DNA of 64,000 bases from an uncultured Verrucomicrobiae bacterium (GCA_963775805.1 CAVZKG010000001.1:1030996-1094995); one strand, 5' to 3'. Counted from the stretch's first letter, positions 10,771 through 21,175 are shown. Numbers and translations: made by a program. Notes: a model not told the origin generated them from the sequence alone.

Positions 10771-11985
10771 TCAATCCGCTTTAAATTCGAGTTCGTACTC
10801 GTCGCGTACCTTGGAGAATTGTTCGATAGCAAACTGCAAGTCTTCCCGCGAGTGAGCTGCCGAGACTTGAGTTCTGATCCGCGCGGTTCCCTGTGGGACT
10901 ACCGGGAAAAAGAATCCAATCACATAAAGACCGAGCTCCAGGAGTCGGTTGGCGACCTTTTGCGACAGCGCTGCATCCCCGATCATGACAGGCACGATCG
11001 GGTGTGTTCCCGGGCGAATGGCGAGTCCGTTCTCTGTCAGCCCAGCTCGGAAAAACCGAGTATTATCTTCCAGACGATCGCGATATTCAGTTGACCGTGA
11101 AACGATCTCGATTGCCTTGATGGATGCCGCGACGGTACAGGGTGTCAGGCTATTCGAAAAAAGATACGGTCGCGAACGTTGGCGGAGCAGATCGATTAAT
11201 TCTCGGCGTCCTGTGATATAACCTCCACTCCCTCCCCCTAGCGCTTTTCCAAGTGTGCCGGTGATAATATCAACCCGATCCATCACTCCATGGTACTCGG
11301 GAGTTCCGCGCCCTGTCTGTCCAACGAACCCAGCGGCATGACATTCGTCGACCATCACGAGCGCCGAGTACCTGTCCGCAAGATCACAAATATCTTTTAA
11401 ACTCGCGATCGTACCATCCATTGAGAAGACACCATCCGTTGCAATCAGACGATATCGGCTCCCTTGCGCCTCCTTTAGCCGGGTCTCGAGTTCATCCATG
11501 TCGTTGTGGCGATACCGATAGCGTTGGGCTTTGCAGAGTCGAACGCCATCGATGATGGAGGCGTGATTCAACTGGTCGCTGATCACAGCGTCTTCGCTCG
11601 ACAAGATCGTTTCAAACAGTCCGCCGTTCGCATCGAAGCAACTGCCATAGAGGATTGCGCCCTCGGTCTGATGAAATGCGCTCAGTGCCGCTTCAAGCTC
11701 ATTGTGAATCTCCTGGGTGCCGCAAATAAAACGCACGGACGCAAGGCCGAAACCCCATCGATCCAAGGCATTTTTTGCTGCTTCGATTACCTCGGGGTGA
11801 TCCGCCAAGCCTAGGTAGTTGTTCGCGCAAAAGTTGAGGACTTCCTTGCCAGCAGCGGTTTTTATGCGCACTCGCTGGGGCGTACTGATCGCCCGCTCGG
11901 TTTTATACAGTCCTTGTAACCGGATCTCATCGAGCTGTGCCGCAATATACTTCTGGAATGCACCAATCATGGGGAAATTTGTCAA
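10771..11985 (-). CDS. kbl: Glycine C-acetyltransferase (2-amino-3-ketobutyrate CoA ligase)
   Basis: 404 aa in the alpha-oxoamine synthase family ([20 protein letters not shown]). It lies immediately downstream of tdh. Confidence 0.9.
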   Translation of the reverse strand: MTNFPMIGAFQKYIAAQLDEIRLQGLYKTERAISTPQRVRIKTAAGKEVLNFCANNYLGLADHPEVIEAAKNALDRWGFGLASVRFICGTQEIHNELEAALSAFHQTEGAILYGSCFDANGGLFETILSSEDAVISDQLNHASIIDGVRLCKAQRYRYRHNDMDELETRLKEAQGSRYRLIATDGVFSMDGTIASLKDICDLADRYSALVMVDECHAAGFVGQTGRGTPEYHGVMDRVDIITGTLGKALGGGSGGYITGRRELIDLLRQRSRPYLFSNSLTPCTVAASIKAIEIVSRSTEYRDRLEDNTRFFRAGLTENGLAIRPGTHPIVPVMIGDAALSQKVANRLLELGLYVIGFFFPVVPQGTARIRTQVSAAHSREDLQFAIEQFSKVRDEYELEFKAD

Positions 11986-11986
11986 A

Positions 11987-12137
11987 CAGTTGTCGGTAGT
12001 CAGTTGTCAGTCGGAGAGTTATCAGTGTCGGTTGCCAGTCGGAGAACCATTTATCCAGGAAATCTGATCGAAAAAACAGCCTGTGAGTTTACTAATCTCC
12101 TCTTGTTTCGTCACTGACAAGTGACACTGACTACTGG
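11987..12137. repeat. Intercistronic element with inverted low-complexity arms (CAGTTGT/GTCAGT type)
   Basis: The left arm gtagtcagttgtcagt is complementary to the right arm actgacaagtgacactgactac with a 6-nt bulge. The arms enclose about 95 nt. The right arm overlaps the tdh stop codon. Confidence 0.6.
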
Positions 12138-13171
12138 TCGCTCCAATGAAGGATGATTTTTCCTGACTGGCCCTCTTTCATCAGCTGAAAACCGTGATGA
12201 AATTCCTTGTATGGAAGGCGATGAGTAATCACAGGGGAAATGTCCAGGCCCGACTGGATCATGGTCGTCATTTTATACCAGGTTTCATACATCTCCCTTC
12301 CGTAAATTCCCTTAATCGTAAGCCCATTAAAGACAACCAGATCCCAGTCGATCGGAGAATTCTTCGATTGGATGCCTAGAACGGCTATTTTCCCGCCGTG
12401 ACACATTACAGCGAGCATGGCGTTGAGCGCCTCACCGTTGCCTGACATTTCAAGGCCGACATCGAACCCTTCCTTCATTCCCAGATCGTCCATCACCGTC
12501 TCCAGAGATGTTTTCGTTACGTCGACGGCGCGGGTGACTCCCATGCTCTCCGCCAACGCGAGCCGGTATGGATTGACATCGGTAATCACCACAAACCGCG
12601 CACCGGCATGACGCGCTATCGCTGCCGCCATGATTCCAATCGGGCCTGCGCCGGTAATCAGCACATCTTCCCCGAGCACATCGAACGAAAGAGCTGTGTG
12701 AACCGCGTTCCCTAGCGGATCGAAACAGGAAATAACATCAAGCGGGATCCTGGGATCGGCGACCCAAATGTTTGTTTGCGGAATCGTTAGATACTGGGCA
12801 AAAGCGCCCGGGCGATTAACGCCAACTCCGCTGGTTCGATTACAAAGGTGCCGGCGGCCGGCGAGACAGTTCCGACATCGCCCGCAAACGATATGCCCTT
12901 CGCCAGTGACAATCATGCCGGGATGAAAATCGATCACATGGCTTCCCACCGATTCGATGACTCCGACGAACTCGTGACCGATCTGCATCGGCACAGGAAC
13001 CGTCCGCTGAGCCCATGCGTCCCAGTCGAAAATATGAACGTCCGTGCCGCAGATGGAAGAGCGCAGAACCCGGATCAAAACGTCAAACTCGCCCACAACC
13101 GGTACCGGGATTTCTTCAAGCCAAAGGCCCGGTTCACGCTCCCTTTTGACAAGCGCCTGCATCGTTCTCAT
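12131..13171 (-). CDS. tdh: L-threonine 3-dehydrogenase
   Basis: 346 aa zinc MDR with GHEFVG, the structural-zinc Cys cluster CGRCRNC and GAGPIG. It is paired with kbl. Confidence 0.9.
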   Translation of the reverse strand: MRTMQALVKREREPGLWLEEIPVPVVGEFDVLIRVLRSSICGTDVHIFDWDAWAQRTVPVPMQIGHEFVGVIESVGSHVIDFHPGMIVTGEGHIVCGRCRNCLAGRRHLCNRTSGVGVNRPGAFAQYLTIPQTNIWVADPRIPLDVISCFDPLGNAVHTALSFDVLGEDVLITGAGPIGIMAAAIARHAGARFVVITDVNPYRLALAESMGVTRAVDVTKTSLETVMDDLGMKEGFDVGLEMSGNGEALNAMLAVMCHGGKIAVLGIQSKNSPIDWDLVVFNGLTIKGIYGREMYETWYKMTTMIQSGLDISPVITHRLPYKEFHHGFQLMKEGQSGKIILHWSDQ

Positions 13172-13368
13172 TGCAAATGGATTTAAAAAAAGAAAGAAAA
13201 CATCGCGTGAACATGAATTTTGGCAAGCTTTGAGAGCCGGATCTCGTATGATTTGAAAATCAGCTCTTGGAGACCGGGCAGGTCACTTTCGTGACTATTT
13301 CTTTCCAAAAATTGGACATCGGGACTTTCGGTCTTCTGGAATTGGCGATCCTGGATATCATTAGGAAT

Positions 13369-13872
13369 GTGCGCCTGTTAGCCCTTGATCCTGCACTTAG
13401 AACCTCTGGGTATGCGATCCTTCAAAAGGAAGGTTCGAAGCTAGGCGCGATCGCGTATGGTGTGATTCGCAATAAATCCCAGCTCTCGATGCCAGGATGC
13501 CTGCTCGAAATTCATCGTAAAATCGACGAATTGATCCGACTCCATGCTCCTGAAGAGTGCGCGGTCGAGGGATTGATCTACGTTCAGAACATGCGTACCG
13601 CGATGACGCTTGGCGCGGCACGCGGTTCCGCGCTCTTGGCTGCAGCTCAACACGGGATGCCGATCTACGAATATCCGCCTAGACGAGTGAAACAAGCGAT
13701 TGTGGGCCACGGCGCCGCACAGAAATCGCAAGTCGGCTTTATGGTGCGGTCTCTGCTGGGGCTTACCGAAACACCCGAAGCCGATGCCGCTGACGCCCTT
13801 GCAATTGGGCTGACGCACTTTCAAATGATAAGCTCACCCATCGCAGTTCACCGAGCGAATCGTCCAATATGA
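13369..13872 (+). CDS. ruvC: Crossover junction endodeoxyribonuclease RuvC
   Basis: RuvC-like N-terminus (LLALDPALRTSGYAIL) and C-terminal DAADALAIGLTH. The probable GTG start is 13369; the ORF track starts at TTG 13267. Confidence 0.85.
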   Translation: MRLLALDPALRTSGYAILQKEGSKLGAIAYGVIRNKSQLSMPGCLLEIHRKIDELIRLHAPEECAVEGLIYVQNMRTAMTLGAARGSALLAAAQHGMPIYEYPPRRVKQAIVGHGAAQKSQVGFMVRSLLGLTETPEADAADALAIGLTHFQMISSPIAVHRANRPI

Positions 13873-14513
13873 AAATCGAATGGCTCGGCCGGATCAATTA
13901 CGAATCCGGTTTGCGAATCCAGGAAGAGCGGCTCAAAGAGTCCGTGGCAGGAGGTGAAGATTCCGTGCTCCTGCTCGAGCACGAGCCGGTCTACACAATC
14001 GGAAGGTTACCGGATAAGTCGAGCCTGGGTGTCGCTGCGCAGCTTCCGTATCCTGTGTTCGAGACCAATCGTGGCGGTCAAGCGACCTATCACGGGCCTG
14101 GCCAATTGGTCGGTTATCCAATCCTCGATCTGCGAATTCGCGGACGCGACGTACACGTTTATCTGCGAACGTTGGAAAGCTTGTTAATCGAGCTGCTGAA
14201 CGAATTTGGAGTGCCAGGAACCAGAATCGAAGGAAAAACAGGTGTCTGGGTGCAGGATCGTAAGATCGCGTCGATCGGGGTCGGTGTTCGAAAATGGATA
14301 ACAATGCACGGATTCGCGTTGAATATCGCAAGCGATCTAAGCGGCTTTGCGAACATCGTTCCGTGCGGGCTCTCCGGAGTCACGATGACTTCCATCAGCT
14401 CCGAATCCGGGCGCGAGATCTCAATGGAGAGTGTGTTGGAAAAGGTGGGCCCATTGCTGGTGCACTATCTGGAGGTAGGCAGTTTTGCGTGGAGTGAGAG
14501 CCATTACGCGTAA
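13869..14513 (+). CDS. lipB: Lipoyl(octanoyl) transferase
   Basis: 214 aa with LLLEHEPVYTIGR, RGGQATYHGPGQLVGYPI and KIASIGV. Its ATG overlaps the ruvC stop (ATGA). Confidence 0.9.
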   Translation: MKIEWLGRINYESGLRIQEERLKESVAGGEDSVLLLEHEPVYTIGRLPDKSSLGVAAQLPYPVFETNRGGQATYHGPGQLVGYPILDLRIRGRDVHVYLRTLESLLIELLNEFGVPGTRIEGKTGVWVQDRKIASIGVGVRKWITMHGFALNIASDLSGFANIVPCGLSGVTMTSISSESGREISMESVLEKVGPLLVHYLEVGSFAWSESHYA

Positions 14514-14556
14514 TGGGGCGTTTACGACGGGTAGGTCGAGGTACCGGGCGTAGACC

Positions 14557-15813
14557 TCATCGTCGAAGTGCGGGAATGTTGCCGATCCAAGTGGTAACCA
14601 GAGCGAGAATCATTGTCCATCCGAATATCAGGGTCACAGAATCGACGGTGGCGCCGTTCGGAAGGACTGCCAAAAGTAATGAGACCAGGCCCCCGAGATA
14701 GACCAGACCGGCAATGATGCTAAACACGATTTGGCCCCTTTTCGAGCGATTCGTGAAGACCAGAGACATCGGGAACGCCGCTGCTACCAGTGTCAGGCCG
14801 ACGATAACCACTCCGATCTGTTTCAGGAGCAAACCGGCAATAAACAGACCGACTCCGGCAACCGCTCCCCCGCCGACTGCCACGGCTTCTCTCTTTTCGC
14901 TGGGACGCAGGGAAAGGCGCGCAAAGCGATCGGCTAACAGGAACAGGTTTCCGACCGATTTTGCCGCCCAGATCCAGAGGACGAACAGGAAATAAAGCGC
15001 CACAACCGCCACACCGACCGAAGCAAGACGTCCGACAAAGGCGAAGTTCGCAATTTGCATCACGACCAGGAGGCCGATCACAACCACCGCGCGGCCGGTG
15101 CGTCCCAGTTTCTCCATCGCGAAGCTGTACTTCAAATAGGCCCGGTATAGCGGCATTCTCGAGCGATAAGCATGCAGCAACCCTTCGCGCGCCTCTCGAT
15201 GTTCCGGATCAATCCGCAGGGCAGAAAGGAAATGCTCTTCTGCCTGGCGGATTTCGCCGCGTTGAAGCGCCAGCATGCCCGCCGAGGAATGAGCCCACGG
15301 ATTTTCCGGGTTTTTACCTAGCAAACCTTGAACTTCAGCCGCACTCTCCTCGAGGCGCCCTTGCATCCTAAGAGCGTCTGCCAAGCTGTCCGCTGCCGCT
15401 TCGTTCCCGGCGTCCAGCGCCAGTGCTTGACGAGCCGCGCGCTCAGCCTCACGCGGTTTGCCATAGACGAGCATTGCGAGCGATTCCGCCACATAAGAAT
15501 CCGGCGAATTCGGATCAAGATTTCGCGCCGAATTCACCTCTACGAGGGCCTCTTTTGTGCGGCTAAGCAAAACCAAGATGTTCGCGCGCTGGGCATGATA
15601 AAACGCCTGTGTCGGGCGCAATCTCAATGCCTGATCGATCATCGATAACGCTTCAGGGCGCGTTTTCGGGTCGTGCATCAGACAAGTCGCCAAGAAAAAG
15701 AAACATTGCGGATCGTCTGGATCGCTTTGAATTGCCTGGCGCAAATAAGATTCCGCCTCTCGATACCGGCCTTGTCTGACGAATAGAAGTGCCCGCGTGA
15801 ATGGATCGTTCAT
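14557..15813 (-). CDS. TPR-repeat protein with C-terminal multi-pass membrane domain
   Basis: 418 aa. The N-terminal ~230 aa are TPR-like. The C-terminal ~180 aa contain about 5 hydrophobic helices. Its start overlaps the stop of the upstream AAA+ gene (ATGA). Confidence 0.7.
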   Translation of the reverse strand: MNDPFTRALLFVRQGRYREAESYLRQAIQSDPDDPQCFFFLATCLMHDPKTRPEALSMIDQALRLRPTQAFYHAQRANILVLLSRTKEALVEVNSARNLDPNSPDSYVAESLAMLVYGKPREAERAARQALALDAGNEAAADSLADALRMQGRLEESAAEVQGLLGKNPENPWAHSSAGMLALQRGEIRQAEEHFLSALRIDPEHREAREGLLHAYRSRMPLYRAYLKYSFAMEKLGRTGRAVVVIGLLVVMQIANFAFVGRLASVGVAVVALYFLFVLWIWAAKSVGNLFLLADRFARLSLRPSEKREAVAVGGGAVAGVGLFIAGLLLKQIGVVIVGLTLVAAAFPMSLVFTNRSKRGQIVFSIIAGLVYLGGLVSLLLAVLPNGATVDSVTLIFGWTMILALVTTWIGNIPALRR

Positions 15814-17165
15814 TTGCGGATTCCCAAAAATTTTAGCACATCATCGTAGAACCCGGCCTGGTTCGCGTAGAGGGCATAGTTCTTCGCGTTTTCGAGCCAT
15901 GCTCGCGTTGACGGATTCATCGATTTGGCCACTTGAATAAGGTCTTCGGTTGCCAACGGCACAAGTCGTCCCTCTTTCATCGCTCGAGACAGTGCGCGCT
16001 CTGTCGCCAAATCGAACAGAGATTTCAGATCGGCACCTGAAAAATCTTTCGTTCGTTTGGCGATCGCTTTTATATCCAGAGGTTTGGCCGGTTTATCGCG
16101 CGCCAATATTTCAACGATCGATTCCCGGGCCGATTCATCGGGAGGCGGAACAAATATGATTCGATCGAAGCGTCCCGGACGTCTGAACGCCGGGTCGAGG
16201 TGCCAGGGAGCGTTCGTAGCTCCAAGCACCAGGATCCCTTCGTTGCTACCGATGTTCCCGTCCATTTCCGCGAGGAACTGGTTGATGACCGTTCGAATAG
16301 CGCTTTCGCGAAAATCTTTGCGATCGGCCGCCAAAGCATCGACTTCATCGAAAAATAGAATTGCAGGCGCGTGATCACGTGCCAGCTGAAACGCTTGATG
16401 GAGGTTCTTTTCGCTGTTGCCAACGTAGAGATCCAAGATCTGATGAATCCCGACCGAAATGAAATTTGCTTGGATCTCCCCGGCGGCCGCTTTGCTGATC
16501 AGCGTTTTCCCGCACCCGGGCGGCCCATAGAGTAAGACACCGCCGCCGAGCTTTTTCCCGTAAGCTTTGAACAAAGCACGGTTCTGAAGCGGATAAATGA
16601 TTTTCATCCGAATCTCTTCCTTGATCTCTTCCATGCCACCGACGTCCTCAAAAGAGGAATCCGGTTTTTGCAGGTCGGGCGAAGTGTCGTTCTCCTTATC
16701 CGATTCCCAGATTTCGGATTCGCTCTCGTACGACGAGTCTGCAGATTGATCGGTAACCGCAGCTGTCTGTTCGACTGGGATATCGTGCTCGATACCGGCA
16801 TCGCTTAAACCAGGATTCAATTTGAGCGCCTTCTGGTAACAGCGCGTTGCCAGATCCCGATCGCCTTCCGCGATCGCCAACCTTGAGAGCAGCATCCAGG
16901 CCTCCGCGAAACCGGGATCACCTTTGGTAAGGGCCTCGGTGCGAACCACGGCCTCGGAGATGTTCCCGGCCAGGAATAGAGCCTGCGCTATCCCAAGTTT
17001 GCCTTGCGCATTCCCAGGTGCATTTTGAAGAACACGATCGAATGCTTCTCTCGCCTCGTCGAAATTCAAGTCGTCCAAACAAGCTTGGCCGAACAGAAGC
17101 AGCAGCGGAACGTTGCTCGGCGATACCGATAGTGCTTCGCGCAGCGAGTCGAGCCTGGAGGTCAT
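15810..17165 (-). CDS. TPR-domain AAA+ ATPase (classical Cdc48/FtsH-clade AAA module, no protease domain)
   Basis: 451 aa: N-terminal TPRs, an acidic linker, Walker A GPPGCGKT, Walker B ILFFDEVD, and the second region of homology (GATNAPWHLDPAFRRPGRFD). Confidence 0.8.
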   Translation of the reverse strand: MTSRLDSLREALSVSPSNVPLLLLFGQACLDDLNFDEAREAFDRVLQNAPGNAQGKLGIAQALFLAGNISEAVVRTEALTKGDPGFAEAWMLLSRLAIAEGDRDLATRCYQKALKLNPGLSDAGIEHDIPVEQTAAVTDQSADSSYESESEIWESDKENDTSPDLQKPDSSFEDVGGMEEIKEEIRMKIIYPLQNRALFKAYGKKLGGGVLLYGPPGCGKTLISKAAAGEIQANFISVGIHQILDLYVGNSEKNLHQAFQLARDHAPAILFFDEVDALAADRKDFRESAIRTVINQFLAEMDGNIGSNEGILVLGATNAPWHLDPAFRRPGRFDRIIFVPPPDESARESIVEILARDKPAKPLDIKAIAKRTKDFSGADLKSLFDLATERALSRAMKEGRLVPLATEDLIQVAKSMNPSTRAWLENAKNYALYANQAGFYDDVLKFLGIRK

Positions 17166-17327
17166 GAGGAATCACTATCAAGGTTCACAGAGAAATCGAA
17201 TGGAATTTGTCCTTATCCGTGGGGAGTTCCGGGCAGTTTCCGGAAAGTGAACCTCTCACAAGCTTGTAAACCTGTGAGAAGTTCAGGCTATTATGGTGTC
17301 TCCGAATTAACGTCTACTATCGATGGA

Positions 17328-19277
17328 ATGACTTTCATGTCACTAATTGCTGACTCAACAGAATGGCTCGAAACCGATGGTCTCGGAGGGTTTGCGAGCG
17401 GGACTGTGTCCGGGATTCGAACACGGCGCTACCATGCGCTTTTGCTAACGGCGACCAATCCGCCGTCCGATCGCAAGGTGCTGGTAAACGGTTTCGAAGC
17501 GTGGGTTGAGACAGCGGGCAAAAAACTTTTTCTCAGTTCGCAACGGTACGCGCCGGATGTTGTTTACCCCGACGGCTCAACAAGGATCAGAAGCTTTAAT
17601 GCACGACCATGGCCGACGTGGCGATTTGGTCTCGGGAACAAACTGGAGATTCAGCAAGAGGTTTTTGTTCCGCACAACGAGTCTGCAGTCGTTCTGACCT
17701 GGTCCATCTCAGGAGGGACAGGGATTGGGGCCAAGCTGATCGTCAGACCGTTGCTTTCAGGCAGGGATTTTCATGCGACCCACCACGAAAACGGAGCGAT
17801 TCACTTCGATGCAGAAGTTCACAGGGAGCAGGTTCGCTGGAAACCGTACGGGGATATACCATCGACCGTTGCAAGAACGAATGGACGCTATCAACATTCG
17901 CCGACCTGGTACCGAAACTTTTGCTACTCCGAAGAACGCGCGCGCGGCCTGGATTTTGTCGAGGACTTGGCGAGTCCAGGACTGTTCGAATGGGATTTGG
18001 GAATAGGTCCGGCTATTTTGATTTTCTGCGCCGAAGGTTTTGCGGAAGAAATCGTGACAGACCAAACCGCAGTTGTGGAGAGTTCGAAAAGACTTCGCGG
18101 CCGCGAGCTCGAACGCCGAAGGGCATTCCCAAATCGACTGGCGTCCGCTGCGGATAGCTATCTCGTCCGGCGCGGCGCGGGCAAGACCATAATCGCCGGC
18201 TATCCATGGTTCGGCGACTGGGGCCGAGATACATTTATTTCTCTGCGGGGTCTGTGCCTCGCCGGTGATCGCCTGGAGATTGCGCGCCAGATATTGACCG
18301 AATGGGCCGGGGCCGTTTCAAAGGGAATGTTGCCGAACCGATTCCCGGATCGCGGCGTTGAACCGGAATTCAATTCGGTAGACGCCTCTCTCTGGTACAT
18401 CATTGCCGTCTTCGAGTATCTGCAGGCAGTTCGTGGTAAACCGGATATCGATGATCCACAAACGAGCGCACAGCTTCGGCTCGCAATTGAATCCATCCTC
18501 ACAGGCTATCATTCCGGGACAAGATTTCAGATCAAAGCCGACGTTGACAGCTTGCTCGCCGCGGGGAAACCGGGCGTGCAACTGACATGGATGGACGCAA
18601 AAGTCGGAGACCACGTGATCACACCCAGGATCGGGAAACCAGTCGAAGTCCAGGCGCTATGGATCAATGCGCTCTGGGTTGGACAATCAATTTCTGATAA
18701 ATGGAAACCTATATTCGCGAGAGCGTCGGAGGCATTTGCCGCTCGGTTCTGGAACACAGAAAAAGGAGAGCTCTATGATGTCGTCGATGTCGATCATCGG
18801 CCAGGCGCGATCGATTCGCTCTCGCGCCCGAATCAAATCTTCGCCGTGGGCGGCCTGCCATTGAGGCTGCTCGATATGACCCGCGCGCGGCAGGTGGTCG
18901 ATGCAGTCGAACGGAAGCTTTGGACACCCGCTGGGCCGCGGTCACTGGCACCGGGGCAACCGGGCTATATCCAGCGCTATGAAGGAGATGTCTGGCACCG
19001 AGACTCTGCATATCATCAAGGCACAGTTTGGCCCTGGTTAGCCGGTCCTTTCATCGAAGCCTGGGTAAGAGTCAACGGCGATACGTCAGAGGCAAAAAAG
19101 TTAGCAAGACAACGTTTTTTTGAACCGTTATTATCTCGCCTCGAGCTCGCTGGGGTCGGCCATTTATCAGAGATTGCGGACGCCGAACCGCCTCACGCAC
19201 CGCGCGGCTGCCCGTTCCAAGCATGGTCAATGGGAGAACTCCTGCGGCTCGACCGCGTCGTGCTAGCCACAGATTAA
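17328..19277 (+). CDS. Glycogen debranching enzyme (amylo-alpha-1,6-glucosidase family)
   Basis: N-terminal EWLETDGLGGFASGT..TRRYHALL and a C-terminal GDE domain (AGYPWFGDWGRDT, QGTVWPWL). The ATG at 17328 is preferred over the GTG at 17247. The last codons (gcc aca gat taa) lie in repeat-core-like sequence. Confidence 0.85.
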   Translation: MTFMSLIADSTEWLETDGLGGFASGTVSGIRTRRYHALLLTATNPPSDRKVLVNGFEAWVETAGKKLFLSSQRYAPDVVYPDGSTRIRSFNARPWPTWRFGLGNKLEIQQEVFVPHNESAVVLTWSISGGTGIGAKLIVRPLLSGRDFHATHHENGAIHFDAEVHREQVRWKPYGDIPSTVARTNGRYQHSPTWYRNFCYSEERARGLDFVEDLASPGLFEWDLGIGPAILIFCAEGFAEEIVTDQTAVVESSKRLRGRELERRRAFPNRLASAADSYLVRRGAGKTIIAGYPWFGDWGRDTFISLRGLCLAGDRLEIARQILTEWAGAVSKGMLPNRFPDRGVEPEFNSVDASLWYIIAVFEYLQAVRGKPDIDDPQTSAQLRLAIESILTGYHSGTRFQIKADVDSLLAAGKPGVQLTWMDAKVGDHVITPRIGKPVEVQALWINALWVGQSISDKWKPIFARASEAFAARFWNTEKGELYDVVDVDHRPGAIDSLSRPNQIFAVGGLPLRLLDMTRARQVVDAVERKLWTPAGPRSLAPGQPGYIQRYEGDVWHRDSAYHQGTVWPWLAGPFIEAWVRVNGDTSEAKKLARQRFFEPLLSRLELAGVGHLSEIADAEPPHAPRGCPFQAWSMGELLRLDRVVLATD

Positions 19278-19286
19278 AGAAAGCAG

Positions 19287-20757
19287 GCCGCAGATTGCAC
19301 AGATCGAAGGAGGGATAGCCACAGATTTCACCGATTATCACAGATTTGAGACATGAGATGGGATTCGCCGATCATCACTGTCTTCAGGCTAGCGTACCGA
19401 GTAACATCTTTTGCCGCAGATCGCACAGATCGAAGAAGGGATAGCCACAGATTTCACCGATTATCACAGATTTGAGACATGAGATGGGATTCGCCGATCA
19501 TCACTGTCTTCAGCCTAGCGTACCGGGGAACATCTTTTGCCGCAGATCGCACAGATCGAAGAAGGGATAGCCACAGATTTCACCGATTATCACAGATTTG
19601 AGACATGAAATGGGATTCGCCGATCCTCACTGTCTTCAGCCTAGCGTACCGGGAAACGTCTTTTGCCGCAGATCGCACAGATCGAAGAAGGGATAGCCAC
19701 AGATTTCACAGATTATCACAGATTTGAGACATGAGATGGGATTCGCCGATCATCACTGTCTTCAGGCTAGCGTACCGGGGAACATCTTTTGCCGCAGATT
19801 GCACAGATCGAAGAAGGGACAGCCACAGATTTCACAGATTATCACAGATTTGAGACATGAGATGGGATTCGCCGATCCTCACTGTCTTCAGCCTAGCGTA
19901 CCGGGGAACATCTTTTGCCGCAGATCGCACAGATCGAAGAAGGGATAGCCACAGATTTCACCGATTATCACAGATTTGAGACACGAGATGGGATTCGCCG
20001 ATCCTCACTGGTCTTCAGGCTAGCGTACCGGGGAACATCTTTTGCCGCAGATCGCACAGATCGAAGAAGGGACAGCCACAGATTTCACAGATTATCACAG
20101 ATTTGAGACATGAGATGGGACTCGCCGATCCTCACTGTCTTCAGCCTAGCGTACCGGGGAACATCTTTTGCCGCAGATCGCACAGATCGAAGAAGGGATA
20201 GCCACAGATTTCACAGATTATCACAGATTTGAGACATGAGATGGGACTCGCCGATCATCACTGTCTTCAGGCTAGCGTACCGGGGAACATCTTTTGCCGC
20301 AGATTGCACAGATCGAAGAAGGGACAGCCACAGATTTCACAGATTATCACAGATTTGAGACATGAGATGGGACTCGCCGATCCTCACTGTCTTCAGGCTA
20401 GCGTACCGGGGAACATCTTTTGCCGCAGATCGCACAGATCGAAGAGGGGATAGCCACAGATTTCACCGATTATCACAGATTTGAGACACGAGATGGGATT
20501 CGCCGATCATCACTGTCTTCAGCCTAGCGTACCGGGGAACATCTTTTGCCGCAGATCGCACAGATCAAAGAAGGGACAGCCACAGATTTCACCGATTATT
20601 ACAGATTTGAGACACGAGATGGGATTTGCCGATCATCACTGTCTTCAGGCTAGCGTACCGGGGAATATCTTTTGCCGCAGATGGCACAGATCGAAGAAGG
20701 TATAGCCACAGATTTCACAGATTATCACAGATTTGGGATATGAATTGGGATTCGCCA
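19287..20757 (+). repeat. Tandem array A: 126-bp unit, about 11.6 copies
   Basis: Unit starts are 19287, 19413, 19539, 19665, 19791, 19917, 20044 (1-bp insertion), 20170, 20296, 20422, 20548 and 20674. The consensus is GCCGCAGATCGCACAGATCGAAGAAGGGATAGCCACAGATTTCACCGATTATCACAGATTTGAGACATGAGATGGGATTCGCCGATCATCACTGTCTTCAGGCTAGCGTACCGGGGAACATCTTTT. Only a few biallelic positions vary. Confidence 0.95.
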
Positions 20758-20767
20758 TTTTGCCTTT

Positions 20768-21175
20768 CCCAATCTGCGATAATCTGTGCAATCTGTGGCT
20801 GTCTCGTCCCCGACCTGTTGAATCCGTCGATCGCTTTTCCCAATCTGTGATAATCGGTGGAATCTGTGGCTATCTCTCCCCGAGCCGTGGAGTCCGCTGC
20901 TTGCTTGTTCCCAATCTGTGTTAATCGGTGGAATCTGTGGCTGTCCCTCCCCGAGCCGTGGAGTCCGCTGCTTGCTTTTCCCAATCTGTGATAATCGGTG
21001 GAATCTGTGGCTGTCCCCTCCCCGAGCCGTGGAGTCCGCTGCTTGCTTTTCCCAATCTGTGATAATCGGTGGAATCTGTGGCTATCCCCTCCCCGAGCCG
21101 TGGAGTCTGCTGCTTGCTTTTCCCAATCTGCGTTGATCTGTGGCATCCCTTCTTCGATCTGTGCAATCTGTGGCC
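20768..21175 (-). repeat. Tandem array B: 70-71-bp unit, about 5.8 copies, inverted relative to array A
   Basis: Unit starts are 20768 (diverged), 20839, 20910, 20980, 21051 and 21122 (terminal variant). Each unit contains cccaatctgtgataatcggtggaatctgtggctatccc, which is the reverse complement of the array A core. Confidence 0.9.

Noticed and set aside
19287-21175. Possible CRISPR array, given the regular repeats with a conserved ~38-nt core.
   Set aside because: The inter-core segments are themselves near-identical between units (88 nt in array A, 33 nt in array B). There are therefore no unique spacers. No cas genes are present in the window.
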